A stretch of 64,000 nucleotides of DNA from Octopus sinensis (Eukaryota). The stretch covers positions 54,808,001 to 54,872,000 of the forward strand of contig NC_042998.1 of assembly GCF_006345805.1 (NCBI RefSeq), read 5' to 3'. The position numbers and the translations under genes were made by a program. Below, piece after piece: positions 24,071 to 37,489 of the stretch (its first letter is position 1; each line of letters opens with the position of its first letter). The notes below the pieces were generated by a model. The model saw nothing but the letters and a program-made list of their open reading frames with translations. It ran no database searches and was not told the origin of the DNA.

Positions 24071-24809
24071 ATGGTACCTTTAATGTGGGTGCCTTTAATG
24101 AGGTACACTCTGTTGCAAGCATTCAGATCAGGTCTCTGATTTGAAGTCCCCTTTCTCTTTCCTCCCAACAAGTTTCAGAGCCCCTGTTCAGAAGCCATGG
24201 TCTGTTTTCCCTTCTGTCTAAAGGATAAAATAAAAAAACAATAAATAGCAATGAGTGTAGGGCTGGAATATTTTCATGAACAAAACTGGCATTCAGTTCA
24301 GACTATTGGCATTTCATTTAGCCTTTTATCATTTATACTATTTATATCCTGTCCAAGTAATCTACCTGAGAATTTCTCTCATGGTATCTACAGCAGTATC
24401 ATTTGTTCTAATAGAACATCCACATTGAAGTGGGGATAAATATTACCTCTTTGTATTAACACTGCTTCTGTCACTAATATATATTTTTTAATAAGCTTAC
24501 TAGCTAACTGCAACGCCAGTGCCTGTTCTGGCACTGTCAAACTATCGATGGCAGAGAGATGAATTGCTGCTGCCTCTAGCAGCCAAGTGTCCATCATTGA
24601 CAAGACCAAACAAGGTCGAAATCATGTGATTTGGTGGTCTCAGCACTAAAGATAGCTGGGATTTACCTCACTGCTAGCAATATAAAAAAAATGCATTTTG
24701 CACTAAAAAGCCAATATGAAATTTTTCTCTCATGGTAACTACCACAGTGTAGTTTGTTCTAATGCAACACCATGTTTAAATGGGGGTAATTATTACCTCT
24801 ACCTGTTTT

Positions 24810-25257
24810 ATTATCATATTGGCCAGAGTTGGCCTCTCACACCTACCCTACAATGTGATTCTAAAAATAAACAAACACATCATCAAAATCTTTAAACCTT
24901 AAGCATTTAAACTAACCATATCTGACCATAATATTTTATTTGTTTTATGTTCAAATTTGCCAGAGCTGGCCTCTCGCACCTACCCTGCAATGTGATTCTA
25001 AGAATAAACAACCACTTCATTGAAATCTTTAAACCCTAAGCATTTAAACCAGCCATATCCAGCCAAAATATTCCAGCTGTTTTATGTTCAAACTGGTCGG
25101 ATCTGGCCTATCATGTCAACCCCACAATGTGATTCTAAAAGTAAACAATCACATCATTGAAATCTCCTAGCTTCAATGTAATGCATGATTAATTCAAAAC
25201 AATGTGAAGAAATAAGCTTCACATTTGACAGAGTAATCTGAATGCTAAATGGTTAAG
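24810..25257. mobile_element. Tandem partial copies of MITE family A
   Basis: Three repeats of ggcctctcacacctaccctacaatgtgattctaaaa; ends aatgctaaatggTTAA. Confidence 0.75.
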
Positions 25258-25987
25258 CTGGAACTAGCTGTATTGGATCTGCAATTCCAAGCTGATCGTT
25301 GTGGGAGAGACGGGGGTGTTTATCGTGCTATATATTATGAAGGAAATCATTGAAAAACTGTTTACAGATCACTAACTACAAATCCTAAGTCCTTTAATTT
25401 GAAGACAGTTTCAGCCTCACAGCTTTTTTCTGCTTTATAACTCTCATCTTGTTTTTTGAAGTGAATTTGTGAAAATAGAGTATGAAAACATTTCTTATTA
25501 TGATAACTCAGAGCAAGAAATCAAACCTAAAAAAAAACCTAAATCAAGATGTTTTCCTCTAAAAAGCAAACAGGATTCTTTCTCATAACTATAACTTTTT
25601 TTTTAATATGTCACTGAGTTCTGTGCTGGTGAATTATATTATTATTTAAGTAAACGAAAAATAAAACCCTGTTTAGTATTATTTTGTTTTTGGCAGGGTG
25701 GGGTGGGAATTGTGAGTGTGTTTATGTATATTTTACTTGTGTGTGCAGAGGACAGTAAGTATATGTATATACACAGATACATGTACACATATTGTCAAAT
25801 ATGCTTATATATACAGACATATATACTCATACATATATATACACACACATATAGATACACACACATATATATACATACATACACAGACACACACACACAT
25901 ATATATATACATGTGAATATACATAGATACAATATGTATGTATGTATATATAATATATATATATATATATATTCTGTAAATTTCAAC

Positions 25988-26025
<38 letters not shown>

Positions 26026-26281
26026 TATAATGTGTATATATATATATATATTTCAATGTCTGTTCTCCAAAATGAGGGGATGGTTTTGGGTGGATAGTCT
26101 TTTATCATAGGCCTACAAGCCATACACTTGAAGAAACTTCAAAATCACTATCAATAAAACTATCATGTGTGTGTGTGATATATATATATATATATGTATG
26201 CATGTATGTATATATATATAAATATATATATATATACACACACAACACACACATGTATGTATATATATATATGTATGTATG

Positions 26282-26341
<60 letters not shown>

Positions 26342-26483
26342 CATGGCTACAAGTTTGTAACAGGTCTGAAAATTATTACATAAATATATCTCTACATTGC
26401 ATATATTTGCATCAAATTGTACTTGGGATTAAAAATTTTTATTTTAAAAAATGTTCCAAACTTTTGGTCATGACTCTGTGTGT

Positions 26484-26540
<57 letters not shown>

Positions 26541-27109
26541 AGAGATAGAAGCACCCACAGCTTCATCAGCTCCAAATAGTATTGGCTCAACCAAGCTATG
26601 AAGTGTTAAATAATATACTTACTATTTATATATTTATAATCCCAAAATGTGGGGAAAGTAGACCTGACATAAACATAATGAGTTTTGGAATGAGACTTTG
26701 TGTCTTAACAATACCATATGTACCCCCCATGAAACACATATAGTTCGTAATATGAAAATTTGGGGATTATGAATATTTATGGTGGGTATATTGTTTAACA
26801 TGTTATGGCTTGGTTGAGTTAATATCGTTTGGAGTTGATGAAGTTGTGGGTGTTTCTATCTCTAACAATATTTTGATATATATGAATTAATTATTGAGAG
26901 TAATTCAATTGAATATTTTTAATTTGAATGTCTCATTCCTATGGCACTAGAATTGATATTCCCTAATTACTATAATTATTATTACGTTCATCTGCTAAAA
27001 TGTCTTTTTTTTTTTTTTTTTTTTAAAAAAGTCACTACATTACTGACCACCAGTAGATCATATCTTCATATAGTTAATGTATATTTAAGTTTGTAAATAT
27101 GAGACTAAC

Positions 27110-28098
27110 AGAAGTATGGAAAGCCATTGGTGCCAAAATCACAAAGTATGGAAAGCCGTCGGGGCCAAAATCGCAAAGTACGGAAAGCCGTCGGGGCCAA
27201 AATCGCAAAGTACGGAAAGCCGTCGGGGCCAAAATCGCAAAGTACGAAAGCCGTCGGGGCCAAAATCGCAAAGTACGGAAAGCCGTCGGGGCCAAAATCG
27301 CAAAGTACGGAAAGCCGTCGGGGCCAAAATCGCAAAGTACGGAAAGCCGTCGGGGCCAAAATCGCAAAGTACGGAAAGCCGTCGGGGCCAAAATCGCAAA
27401 GTACGGAAAGCCGTCGGGGCCAAAATCGCAAAGTACGGAAAGCCGTCGGGGCCAAAATCGCAAAGTACGGAAAGCCGTCGGGGCCAAAATCGCAAAGTAC
27501 GGAAAGCCGTCGGGGCCAAAATCGCAAAGTACGGAAAGCCGTCGGGGCCAAAATCGCAAAGTACGGAAAGCCGTCGGGGCAAAATCGCAAAGTACGGAAA
27601 GCCGTCGGGGCCAAAATCGCAAAGTACGGAAAGCCGTCGGGGCCAAAATCGCAAAGTACGGAAAGCCGTCGGGGCCAAAATCGCAAAGTACGGAAAGCCG
27701 TCGGGGCCAAAATCGCAAAGTACGAAAGCCGTCGGGGCCAAAATTGCAAAGTACGGAAAGCCGTCGGGGCCAAAATCGCAAAGTACGGAAAGCCGTCGGG
27801 GCCAAAATCGCAAGTACGGAAAGCCGTCGGGGCCAAAATCGCAAAGTACGGAAAGCCGTCGGGGCCAAAATCGCAAAGTACGGAAAGGAAAGCCGTCGGG
27901 GCCAAAATCGCAAAGTACGGAAAGCCGTCGGGGCCAAAATCGCAAAGTACGGAAAGCCGTCGGGGCCAAAATCGCAAAGTACGGAAAGCCGTCGGGGCCA
28001 AAATCGCAAAGTACGGAAAGCCAGCAATGCCAAAATCGCATAGTACGGAAAGCCAGCAATGCCAAAATCACATAGTACAGAAAGCCAGCAATGCCAAA
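27110..28098. repeat. 32 bp tandem array (about 31 units), unit AAAGTACGGAAAGCCGTCGGGGCCAAAATCGC
   Basis: Read directly. Unit is 18/32 GC with 4 CpG; homogeneous core, variant edge units. The 32 aa translation period equals three 32 bp units. Confidence 0.97.
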
Positions 28099-28172
28099 GA
28101 TTTATGTAGATGCTTATGGTATCTGATATGGATATCTGATATGGTATCTGATATGGCCACACAAATACAACT

Positions 28173-28365
28173 TTAACTCTTGAACATTCAGATTTCTTTG
28201 TCAAATGTAAACCTTATTTATTCACATTGTTTTGAATTAATCATGCATTTTCTCATAGCTTCACAATTTCTATGATGTGGTTGTTATTTTTTAGAATGAC
28301 CTTGTTTAACATAAAACCAGGAGAATATCTGGACCAGAAATGGCTGGATTAAATGCTAGAGTTAA
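28173..28365. mobile_element. MITE family A copy (internally deleted)
   Basis: TTAActcttgaacattcagatt ... aaatgctagagTTAA. Confidence 0.7.
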
Positions 28366-29186
28366 GCCCACTTTCACTATCAAAGCAGGGATTAGCCTAG
28401 GGGTCCCATGACTAAATGTTTTAGGGGACTATCTATCTTTTATCCTTTTCTTGTTTCAGTCATTGGACTGTGGTCATCCTGGGGCTCTCTCTTTAAGGGT
28501 TTATTACATATACATTAGCAATAAGTAGATATCAGTTATTAGTGGTCAGTTACATAATGACCTGGTAAACTTGAAATGCCATTAGTGATGGTCATTATAA
28601 TAGAGGACAGCTGATCTGTTGATGTCAGTGTTGGATGGTCAAGAAATATAATGACCAGCTGAATGGTAAAAATACAATTTTCATTCTGATATTTTGTTCA
28701 TTATATTGTCTATTTTGCAGTGGTAGTAAAGGTCAGACGAATAAATATTACTAAAGCATTGCTTTACAGTCAGATGCCCGTCCTGTCATTAAAGATACTT
28801 ACTTCACATGCTTGTAACTGAAACATTTTTCTTTCTTTTTCCATCTCTTCTGCAATCTGCAACAAAGAAAAAAAGGAATTCTTCTGATTTCATTTATGCA
28901 TTACACTTTACCATTTCTCACTCTCTTTCTCCGTAATTGTGTGTGCAATTACACACACACACGCACAAACATGTATGTATGGATGGATGAATGAGTGAAA
29001 GAATGAATAAAATGACAATTGCCTTAGTGTTTAGCATGTCTGCACAATTTATGGTGTGTCTGGATTATGATTCCAGTAGGCACTGAAAAACATTTTTGTC
29101 CAACCCATGCAAGCATGGAACATGATTATATGCATACATGTGTATATATATATATATATACACACACACACATATATATATATATA

Positions 29187-31337
29187 TAGAGGCAAGTGTG
29201 TGACACTTGTGAAGACCTGTTGAGGCAAGTGAAAATCAAACCAAATCAAAATAGATGAACATCAATGGAATTTGTATCTTTGTGGTACCAGTACCGGTGG
29301 CACACAAGAAAACCATCCGAACGTGGCCGTAGCCAGTACCGCATCGACTGGCCTCTGTGATGTGGGCACATAACAAACACCATCCGATCGTGGTGGCCCC
29401 TACCTGGGACACTTCTTGTGACACTTGTGAAGACCTGTTGAGGCAAGTGAAAATCAACAATCAAAAAATCAAAACAAATCAAAATAGATGAACATCAATG
29501 GAATCTGTATCTCTGTGGTACCAGTGCCGGTGGCACACAGAAAACCATCCAAACGTGGCTGTAGCCAGTACCGCATCGACTGGCCTCCGTGCTGTGGGCA
29601 CATAACAAACGCCATCCAATCGTGGCCGTTCGCCAGCCTCATCTGGCACCTGTCCGAAGACCCGGCAAGACTAGTCAGGCCATAGCCCGTGGCCCCTTCC
29701 TGGGACGTAGTCAGTCCACCTGTGCATACCTTCCTTCTTATGACACTTGTGAAGACCTGTTGAGGCAAGTGATAATAATAATAATAATAATCATAATCAT
29801 AATCAAATCAAAACAAATCAAAATAGATGAACATCAATGGAATTTGTATCTTTGTGGTACCAATGCCGGTGGCACACAAGAAAACCATCCGAACGTGGCG
29901 GTAGCCAGTACCACATCGACTGGCCTCTGTGCTGTGGGCACGTAACAAACACCATCCGATCGTGGCCGTTCGCCAGCCTCATCTGGCACCTGTGTTGGTG
30001 GCACATAAAAACACCATCCAAAGACCCGGTAAGACTAGTCAGGCATAACCCGTGGCCCCTACCTGGGACACTTCTTGTGACACTTGTGAAGACCTGTTGA
30101 GGCAAGTGAAAATCAACAAATCAAAAAATCAAAACAAATCAAAATAGATGAACATCAATGGAATCTGTATCTCTGTGGTACCAGTGCCGGTGGCACACAA
30201 GAAAACCATCCAAACGTGGCTGTAGCCAGTACCGCATCGACTGGCCTCCGTGCTGTGGGCACATAACAAACGCCATCCAATCGTGGCCGTTCGCCAGCCT
30301 CATCTGGCACCTGTCCGAAGACCCGCAAGACTAGTCAGGCCATAGCCCGTGGCCCCTTCCTGGGACGTAGTCAGTCCACCTGTGCATACCTTCCTTCTTA
30401 TGACACTTGTGAAGACCTGTTGAGGCAAGTGATAATAATAATAATAATAATCATAATCATAATCAAATCAAAACAAATCAAAATAGATGAACATCAATGG
30501 AATTTGTATCTTTGTGGTACCAATGCCGGTGGCACACAAGAAAACCATCCGAACGTGGCGGTAGCCAGTACCACATCGACTGGCCTCTGTGCTGTGGGCA
30601 CGTAACAAACACCATCCGATCGTGGCCGTTCGCCAGCCTCATCTGGCACCTGTGTTGGTGGCACATAAAAACACCATCCAAAGACCCGGTAAGACTAGTC
30701 AGGCCATAACCCGTGGCCCCTACCTGGGACGTAGTCAGTCCACCTGTGCATACCTTCCTTCTTATGACACTTGTGAAGACCTGTTGAGGCAAGTGTGTGA
30801 CACTTGTGAAGACCTGTTGAGGCAAGTGAAAATCAAACCAAATCAAAATAGATGAACATCAATGGAATTTGTATCTTTGTGGTACCAGTGCCGGTGGCAC
30901 ACAAGAAAACCATCCGAACGTGGCCGTAGCCAGTACCGCATCGACTGGCCTCCGTGCTGTGGGCACGTAACAAACACCATCCGATCGTGGCCGTTCGCCA
31001 GCCTCATCTGGCACTTGTGTCGGTGGCACATAAAAACACCATCCGAGCGTGGCCGTCTGCCAGCCTCGTCTGGCACCTGTGTTGGTGGCACATAAAAAAC
31101 ACCATCCGAGCGTGGCCGTTCGCCAGCCTCGTCTGGCACCTGTGTCGGTGGCACATAAAATCACCCACTACACTCTCGGAGTGGTTGGCGTTAGGAAGGG
31201 CATCCAGCTGTAGAAACACTGCCAGATCTGACTGGCCTGGTGCAGCCTTCGGGCTCCCCAGACTCCAGTTGAACCGTCCAACCCATGCTAGCATGGAAAG
31301 CGGACGTTAAATGAGGATGATGATGATGATGATGATA
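29187..31337 (+). repeat. Array of amplified RTE 3'UTR modules with a ~660 bp higher-order duplication, ending in a standard RTE tail
   Basis: Head gaagacctgttgaggcaagtg at 29211, 29429, 29751, 30088, 30411, 30775 and 30808. 29401-30060 is repeated at about 30061-30720. Related to the 21215-21400 modules of the LINE. Terminal (GAT)n. Confidence 0.88.
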
Positions 31338-31363
31338 TACATATATATGTGTATATATATATA

Positions 31364-31881
<518 letters not shown>

Positions 31882-32289
31882 TATATATATATATATATAT
31901 AAATTTCAACTATATATATATATATATGGCTGTAATATATCTGTAGTTATGGTTATAGTTATGAAGAGATAATTAGTGTTAATTGGAGATCTGAGAAAGC
32001 ATAATATTCAATAGAATCATGAGAGGATAAGGGTTGGGGCATTAAAAGTCTGAAGTGTTTGATGAGCGGCACATTAAAAGCAAGCACTACACATACCTAT
32101 GTAGCATAATACTTTGTCAGAGGGTTTGTGTAAGACATTCAGTCATACTGATACTTCACTTTGATCTTAACTAGAAGACCAAGAAGGTGCAGGCATGGTT
32201 GTGTGGTTAAGTGATTTGCTTCCCATCCATGTGGTTTTATGTTCAGTCCTGTCATTTGTCACCTTAGGAAAATGCCTTTTATTGTGAGA

Positions 32290-32570
32290 TGTTACTACAC
32301 ATTGCTGGTCACTATACACTTCACATTGTTTTAGCCTTCAAATGACGCCCCCCCCCCACACTGGCTAAGCGAGCAGCCCAACAGAAGAAAGAGTGAGAGA
32401 AAGTTGTGGCGAAAGAGTACAGCAGGGATCGCTACCACCCCCTACCAGAGACTTATGGAGCTTTAGGTGATTTCACTCAATAAACACTCACAATGCCCGG
32501 TCTGGGAATTGAAACTGCAATCCTACGACCGCGAGTTCGCTGCCCTAACCACTGGGCCATTGCGCCTCCA
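32290..32570 (-). mobile_element. tRNA-headed SINE family 4
   Basis: Minus strand ggaggcgcaaTGGCCCAGTGGttagggcagcgaactcgcggtcgtaggattgcaGTTTCAATTCCcagacc gives A- and B-box-like elements. Confidence 0.7.
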
Positions 32571-32621
32571 CCATATATATATATATAGATATATATATAG
32601 ATATATAAATAAATAACCAGA

Positions 32622-33263
32622 ATTAGGTAATTTGAAATATGTTTGTCATATATTTCAACAATTAAAAGGCAATTGTAGTTACCGTGGAGAATAAACTTCT
32701 CTTATAGTAAAATGGTATGGAAATGCCTTGTTCATTCAGTGTCGCCATCTATTAGGAAACCCAGACATCGATGCTTCGAGTGTATTGACTCTTATCAATG
32801 AGATGTACCTAAGAGAGGCAACTCTAAACCAACTTAATAAAGCCATAAGCTATATAATATAATTCAGTCAACACGTTGACTGATATGCGCAAGTACATCG
32901 CCCAACCTAGGTAAATAACAAAGTGTTAGTGCTATGCAGTGTGTAAGTATGAGCAGAATTAGGTTAAGTTGAAACATGTTTATCACATATTTCTACTGCT
33001 AAAAGACAAGTACGCTGCAGTTACCGTAGAGAATAGATTTCTCTTATCGTAAAATGGTGTGAAAACACCCTGTTTGATCAGTGTTGTTATTTATTTGGAA
33101 TCCCAGATTTCCATGTTTCGAGTTTATTGACTCTTTCCTATAGATGGTGACACTGAACAAACAGGGTGCTTTCACACTTTTCTACCATAGGAGAGATTTA
33201 TTCTCCACTGTAACTGCACTGTATTTACCTTTTAGCAGTTGAAATATGTGACAAACATGTTCC
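32622..33263. repeat. Direct-direct-inverted triplet of a diverged ~170 bp unit
   Basis: Copies at about 32622-32790 (+), 32957-33134 (+) and 33135-33263 (-) share aacatgtttgtcacatatttc...gttaccgtggagaata...cagtgtcgccatcta. Confidence 0.75.
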
Positions 33264-33412
33264 GTCTTATATAATTCTGCTCATACTTACACACTACTTA
33301 GCACTGACACTTCATTCATATATATATGTGTGTGTGTGTGTGTATGTATATATATACATATATATATATATAATGTATATGTATATATATGTATGTATGT
33401 ATATATATATAT

Positions 33413-33560
33413 GGCGTTAGGAAGGGCATCCAGCCGTAGAAACACTGCCAGATTTGACTGGGCCTGATGAAGCCTTCTGGCTTCACAGACCCCAGTAGAA
33501 CCGTCCAACCCATGCTAGCATGGAAAACGGACGCTAAATGATGATGATGATGATGATGAT
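33413..33560 (+). mobile_element. 5'-truncated RTE 3' end inserted in a (TA)n tract
   Basis: Matches 21579-21728 with one substitution by eye. Confidence 0.9.
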
Positions 33561-33561
33561 G

Positions 33562-33608
<47 letters not shown>

Positions 33609-34801
33609 ATATATATATATATGTATGTATGTATATGTATATATATATATAAATATATATATATGTATGTATATATATACTTACATACATATATATGTAT
33701 GTATATATATACTTACATACATATATATGAGTATATATGTGTGTGTGCACGAGCACATTCTCACAAGAAGATGAAAGTAGTGTGGAACACATGTCAGGAA
33801 ATAAGCATGTATGTTTAGTAAGACATATCTCCTATTGACATATACTCTATTGAGCACTCTTTTCTCATTTGTTCAGTGCACTTTGGTGGCAGTGTACGTA
33901 TGTATGTATGGATGGACGGATGTGCTTATGTGTGTCTGTGTATGTAATCTTAACAGTTTTATCGCAGACATTGTAATTTCCATGATGTCTTTCATTCTTT
34001 CCCAAGTCTACTTAGGTTCGGAAAGATTTGAGTTAATCATATTTTATGTTATGATGCCCTGACATGTCCAGTTCGTGCCTCTTCAAATCTATCCTTTTAT
34101 TCGCATTTCTCCCTACTTATTTTCAAAACCTGCCAACTGACAACCACCCTGCAGGTATTATTAACTTTCGCCGTACTAGTTCTAATGGCTCCTTCATTCC
34201 TTGCCAAACTCTTACTTGCGAGTAGTTATCAATTGTTTGTGAGAGAGCTGGTGCCTTTCCCCCATTCTTCATCTCCCTATCTCTTACTCTTTCTCTCTTA
34301 CTCTCTCTCTCTCACTCCCTCTCTCTCTCTTTCACTTCCCTCTCTTTCCCCTGCTTCCCACACTTTCCCAACGATGACAAGTCACTTCATAACCAACTTT
34401 GATAGCATTTGATAATGGCAATTATACTAACATTTTAAGCTCTTATTGGCTCTGCACAGAGCAAAAGATTTGCAGGAGGCTTGTGCAGGAACTGTGCTAC
34501 GGCTTTTTATTGCTGACAACAAGACTTCCTTTCTAATTACACCTGATAGGAGTAAGAACATGCCAACTTACTCCGCCCAACACCCTGAAACCCCCTTTTT
34601 CCGCCCACATCCCGAACTTTACTTGCACCGAAGAGAAACAGTCATTTCAGGTGTCTGGTATTGCTAATTAGCGAACAACAGAATTAAATGGTTTCCTAAT
34701 ATCTCTTGACTTACGAAAACTAGGCTGTAAGACACCTCTCTCTCTCTTTCACCATATTCACTATCACTCGTGTTTCGTCTTTCCCTCTGTTTTTAGGTGT
34801 G

Positions 34802-34846
<45 letters not shown>

Positions 34847-35397
34847 ATGCCTGTCTGTCTACGAAGCTATCTAGTTATCAATTACACTTTGTGTAAGGTC
34901 CTCACTTGTGGTTATGTCTTGTTGATAGGTTCTTAAACTGGCTACAGTTCCTCTCAAAGTTCATATCATTCACTTAAAACTTGGCACCATTTTTCTAACT
35001 AACTTCTAATTGGACAGCTGCAGCGTCTTCTCTGTAACTAAGTTACACTTTTGTTTTCACAACATATATATCTATGTATCTATGTCTGTGTGTGTGTATA
35101 TATATGTGTGTTTGTGTGTGTTTGTGTGTGAATATTCCAAACTGTGTTCAACTATTATAAAACATTATTCTCTCTCTCTTTCCCTCTCTGTCTCTCTATC
35201 TATTTGTCCTTTATCGCTCTCGCTTCCTCTCTCTCTCTCTTCCCCCTCTCTTCCTTAATATGTGAGTTTGTATGTGTGTGAAGGAAGGAGCAGTAAAACA
35301 TGGACTCAGCAAGCTGCAAGGCAGGCAACCTGTTTTACATGGCACCAATATGCCATTTCTATGCAAGAAAGTAGAGATGGGCATTTAAGCCATACAA

Positions 35398-35442
<45 letters not shown>

Positions 35443-35789
35443 TGTGTGTGTGTGTGGATACAATATTTAAGGCAGAAAACATAATATGACAATAAAATAA
35501 TTAATAAGAACTCTGTTGAAATACAGTGAGATGATAGAAGAACTGGCAGCAATAAAATATGGTAAATGAAGAGACAATAAAGAAGCTATGAATAAAATAG
35601 TGTAAGTTGGTATATAAGAACTGATAAAGATATTAAAATAAGGGAAGCCACTAATGTTAGAAAAGGTACCTGCTTACCCTGAATTTAAAGAGATGGTTTT
35701 CGTATTCTACCGGAAAACATTGTTAAGGGTTTATATTTACAGTTCAGCTCTTTTGAGAAAAATACTCTGCAGTTGATCTTTTTTTTAAA

Positions 35790-36060
35790 GAACATTGGCA
35801 GGCACTGACATGGCTGTGTGGAGGAGAAGCTTGCTTTGCAACCATGTGGTTTTGGGTTCTGTCCCATTGCATGGTACCTTGGGTAAGTATGTTCTACATA
35901 AGCTGCTGGCTGACCAATGCTTTGTGCGTGAATTTTGGTAGACAGAAACTGTGTGGAAGCCAGTCTTGTGTGTGTGTGTGTCTTTGTGTTTGTCCACCCC
36001 ACCACTACCACACCCGACAACTTATGTTGGCTTATTTACATCCCTGTAACTAAGTAACCT
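35790..36060 (+). mobile_element. SINE family 1, degenerate
   Basis: gctgtgtgg...ggtaccttgggtaagt...ggtagacagaaactg. Confidence 0.7.
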
Positions 36061-36122
36061 AACTTAAAAAATAAGTATTGGTATCACTTTGTTCAACTAA
36101 ACTGTTCCCAGTGGTACCCAAG

Positions 36123-36159
<37 letters not shown>

Positions 36160-36299
36160 TATTTTTATTTTTATAGTGTGCTTTCACTTCACTACCGAGC
36201 GCAGCTCTGTGTGCCTTGGGTATGTGCTGTGATTTGTTGTGATGCTCTAATGGTTATTATTATTATTATTATTATTATTATCATCATCATCATCATCAT

Positions 36300-36520
36300 T
36301 ATGGTGGCGAGATGGCAGAATCTTTAGCGCACTGGGTGAAATGCTTAGCAGCATTTCATTCGTCTGTGTGTTCCAAGTTCAAATTCTGCCGAGGTTGACT
36401 TTGCCGTTCATCCTTTCATGGTTGATAAAATAAGTACCAGTTGTGTACTGAGGCCGTTGCAATTAACTATCCTCCACTCCCTCAAATTTTAGACCTTGTG
36501 CCTATAGTAGAAAGGATTAT
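36300..36520 (+). mobile_element. SINE family 2
   Basis: ggtggcgagatggcagaatc...gactttgccgttcatcctttc...aagtaccag. Confidence 0.75.
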
Positions 36521-36859
36521 TATTGTTATGGCTGGGTTCCTACCTGGGTCACGACATCAAAGTCCACTCATCACACTTCTCAGTCCAACATCACTATCTT
36601 GAGATCCTGGATACATTCCAGGCCAGTGTCTGCAATCTAGTTGTTAAAGTAAGTGTGATGATATTTTCCTCTTCTTACATCACCATTAAGTGGGTTCCAC
36701 TTGACTAATTTGGAAGCTACAAGTTGAGGGTGATGCACACAGTGACCAGATAGACTCTGCTGTTTTTGCCTGATTTTCTTTCAAATTTTCAGCCTGTCTC
36801 CATAAAGGCATTCATTTGTCATTTGTTGTTGCTATTTCACATTTACGGCCATTCATAGC

Positions 36860-37205
36860 ATCCTTGTGTAGCCTTACTGACACTTGTGCCAGTGGTACAT
36901 GAAAAACAACATTCGAGCGAGGGTGTTGCCAGTGCCACTTGACTGGCTCCTGTGCAGGTGACATGTAAAAGCACCATTTGAGCATAGCCGTTGCCAGTAC
37001 AACCTGACTGGCCCTCATGCTAGTGGCACATAAAAGCACCCACTACATTCTCGGAGTGGTTGGCATTAAGAAGGGCATCCAGCTGTAGAAATTCTGCCAG
37101 ATCAGATTGGAGCCTAGTGCAGCCATCTGGCTCACCAGTCCCCAGTCAAACCGCCCAACCCATGCCAGCATGGAAAGCGGATGTTAAAACAATGATGATG
37201 ATTTG
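36860..37205 (+). mobile_element. RTE 3' end or RTE-tail SINE
   Basis: gtggcacataaaagcacccactacattctcggagtggttggcattaagaagggcatccagc ... gatgatg. Confidence 0.8.
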
Positions 37206-37489
37206 ATAATTAAAAACTCCAGCATGATCATAGTCTAAGAATTGAAATATGTAAAATATTAAAGATTAATCAAAACAAGATAACAAGCCTCCACATATTT
37301 ACCCCGACTGGTGCATATAGCAACACAATTTCCCTCAGTTTCATCCTTTTCTTGATCATCTTTAAGAAAAAAAGAAGAAACAGAAATATTGGTTAATGTA
37401 TCCATAGACATACATAGGCTAATAAAATGATGTGATGGTCACAACTTGAACTGCTTAGATTATAAGTTTGTTTGATCCTTCAGTATGTA

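Noticed and set aside
27110-28098. 32 bp repeats as a CRISPR array
   Set aside because: Units are directly adjacent with no unique spacers, there are no cas genes, and the context is eukaryotic.
27074-28204. Six long overlapping ORFs (298-376 aa) in all frames
   Set aside because: The 32 bp unit lacks stop codons on both strands. The unit is not a multiple of 3, and 1 bp indels shift frames freely, so there is no coding constraint.
29211-29235. CTGTTGA-GGCAAGT-GAAA in the array heads as a hammerhead core
   Set aside because: There is no credible stem II or stem III/UH site, and homologous modules in the LINE read GTGATGA/CCGTTGA and lack GAAA.
34440-34670. ORF 34446..34667 with nearby CCGCCC x2 and ATTGG motifs as a promoter or exon
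   Set aside because: Short motifs of this kind are expected by chance, and I found no CpG island or clear transcript structure.
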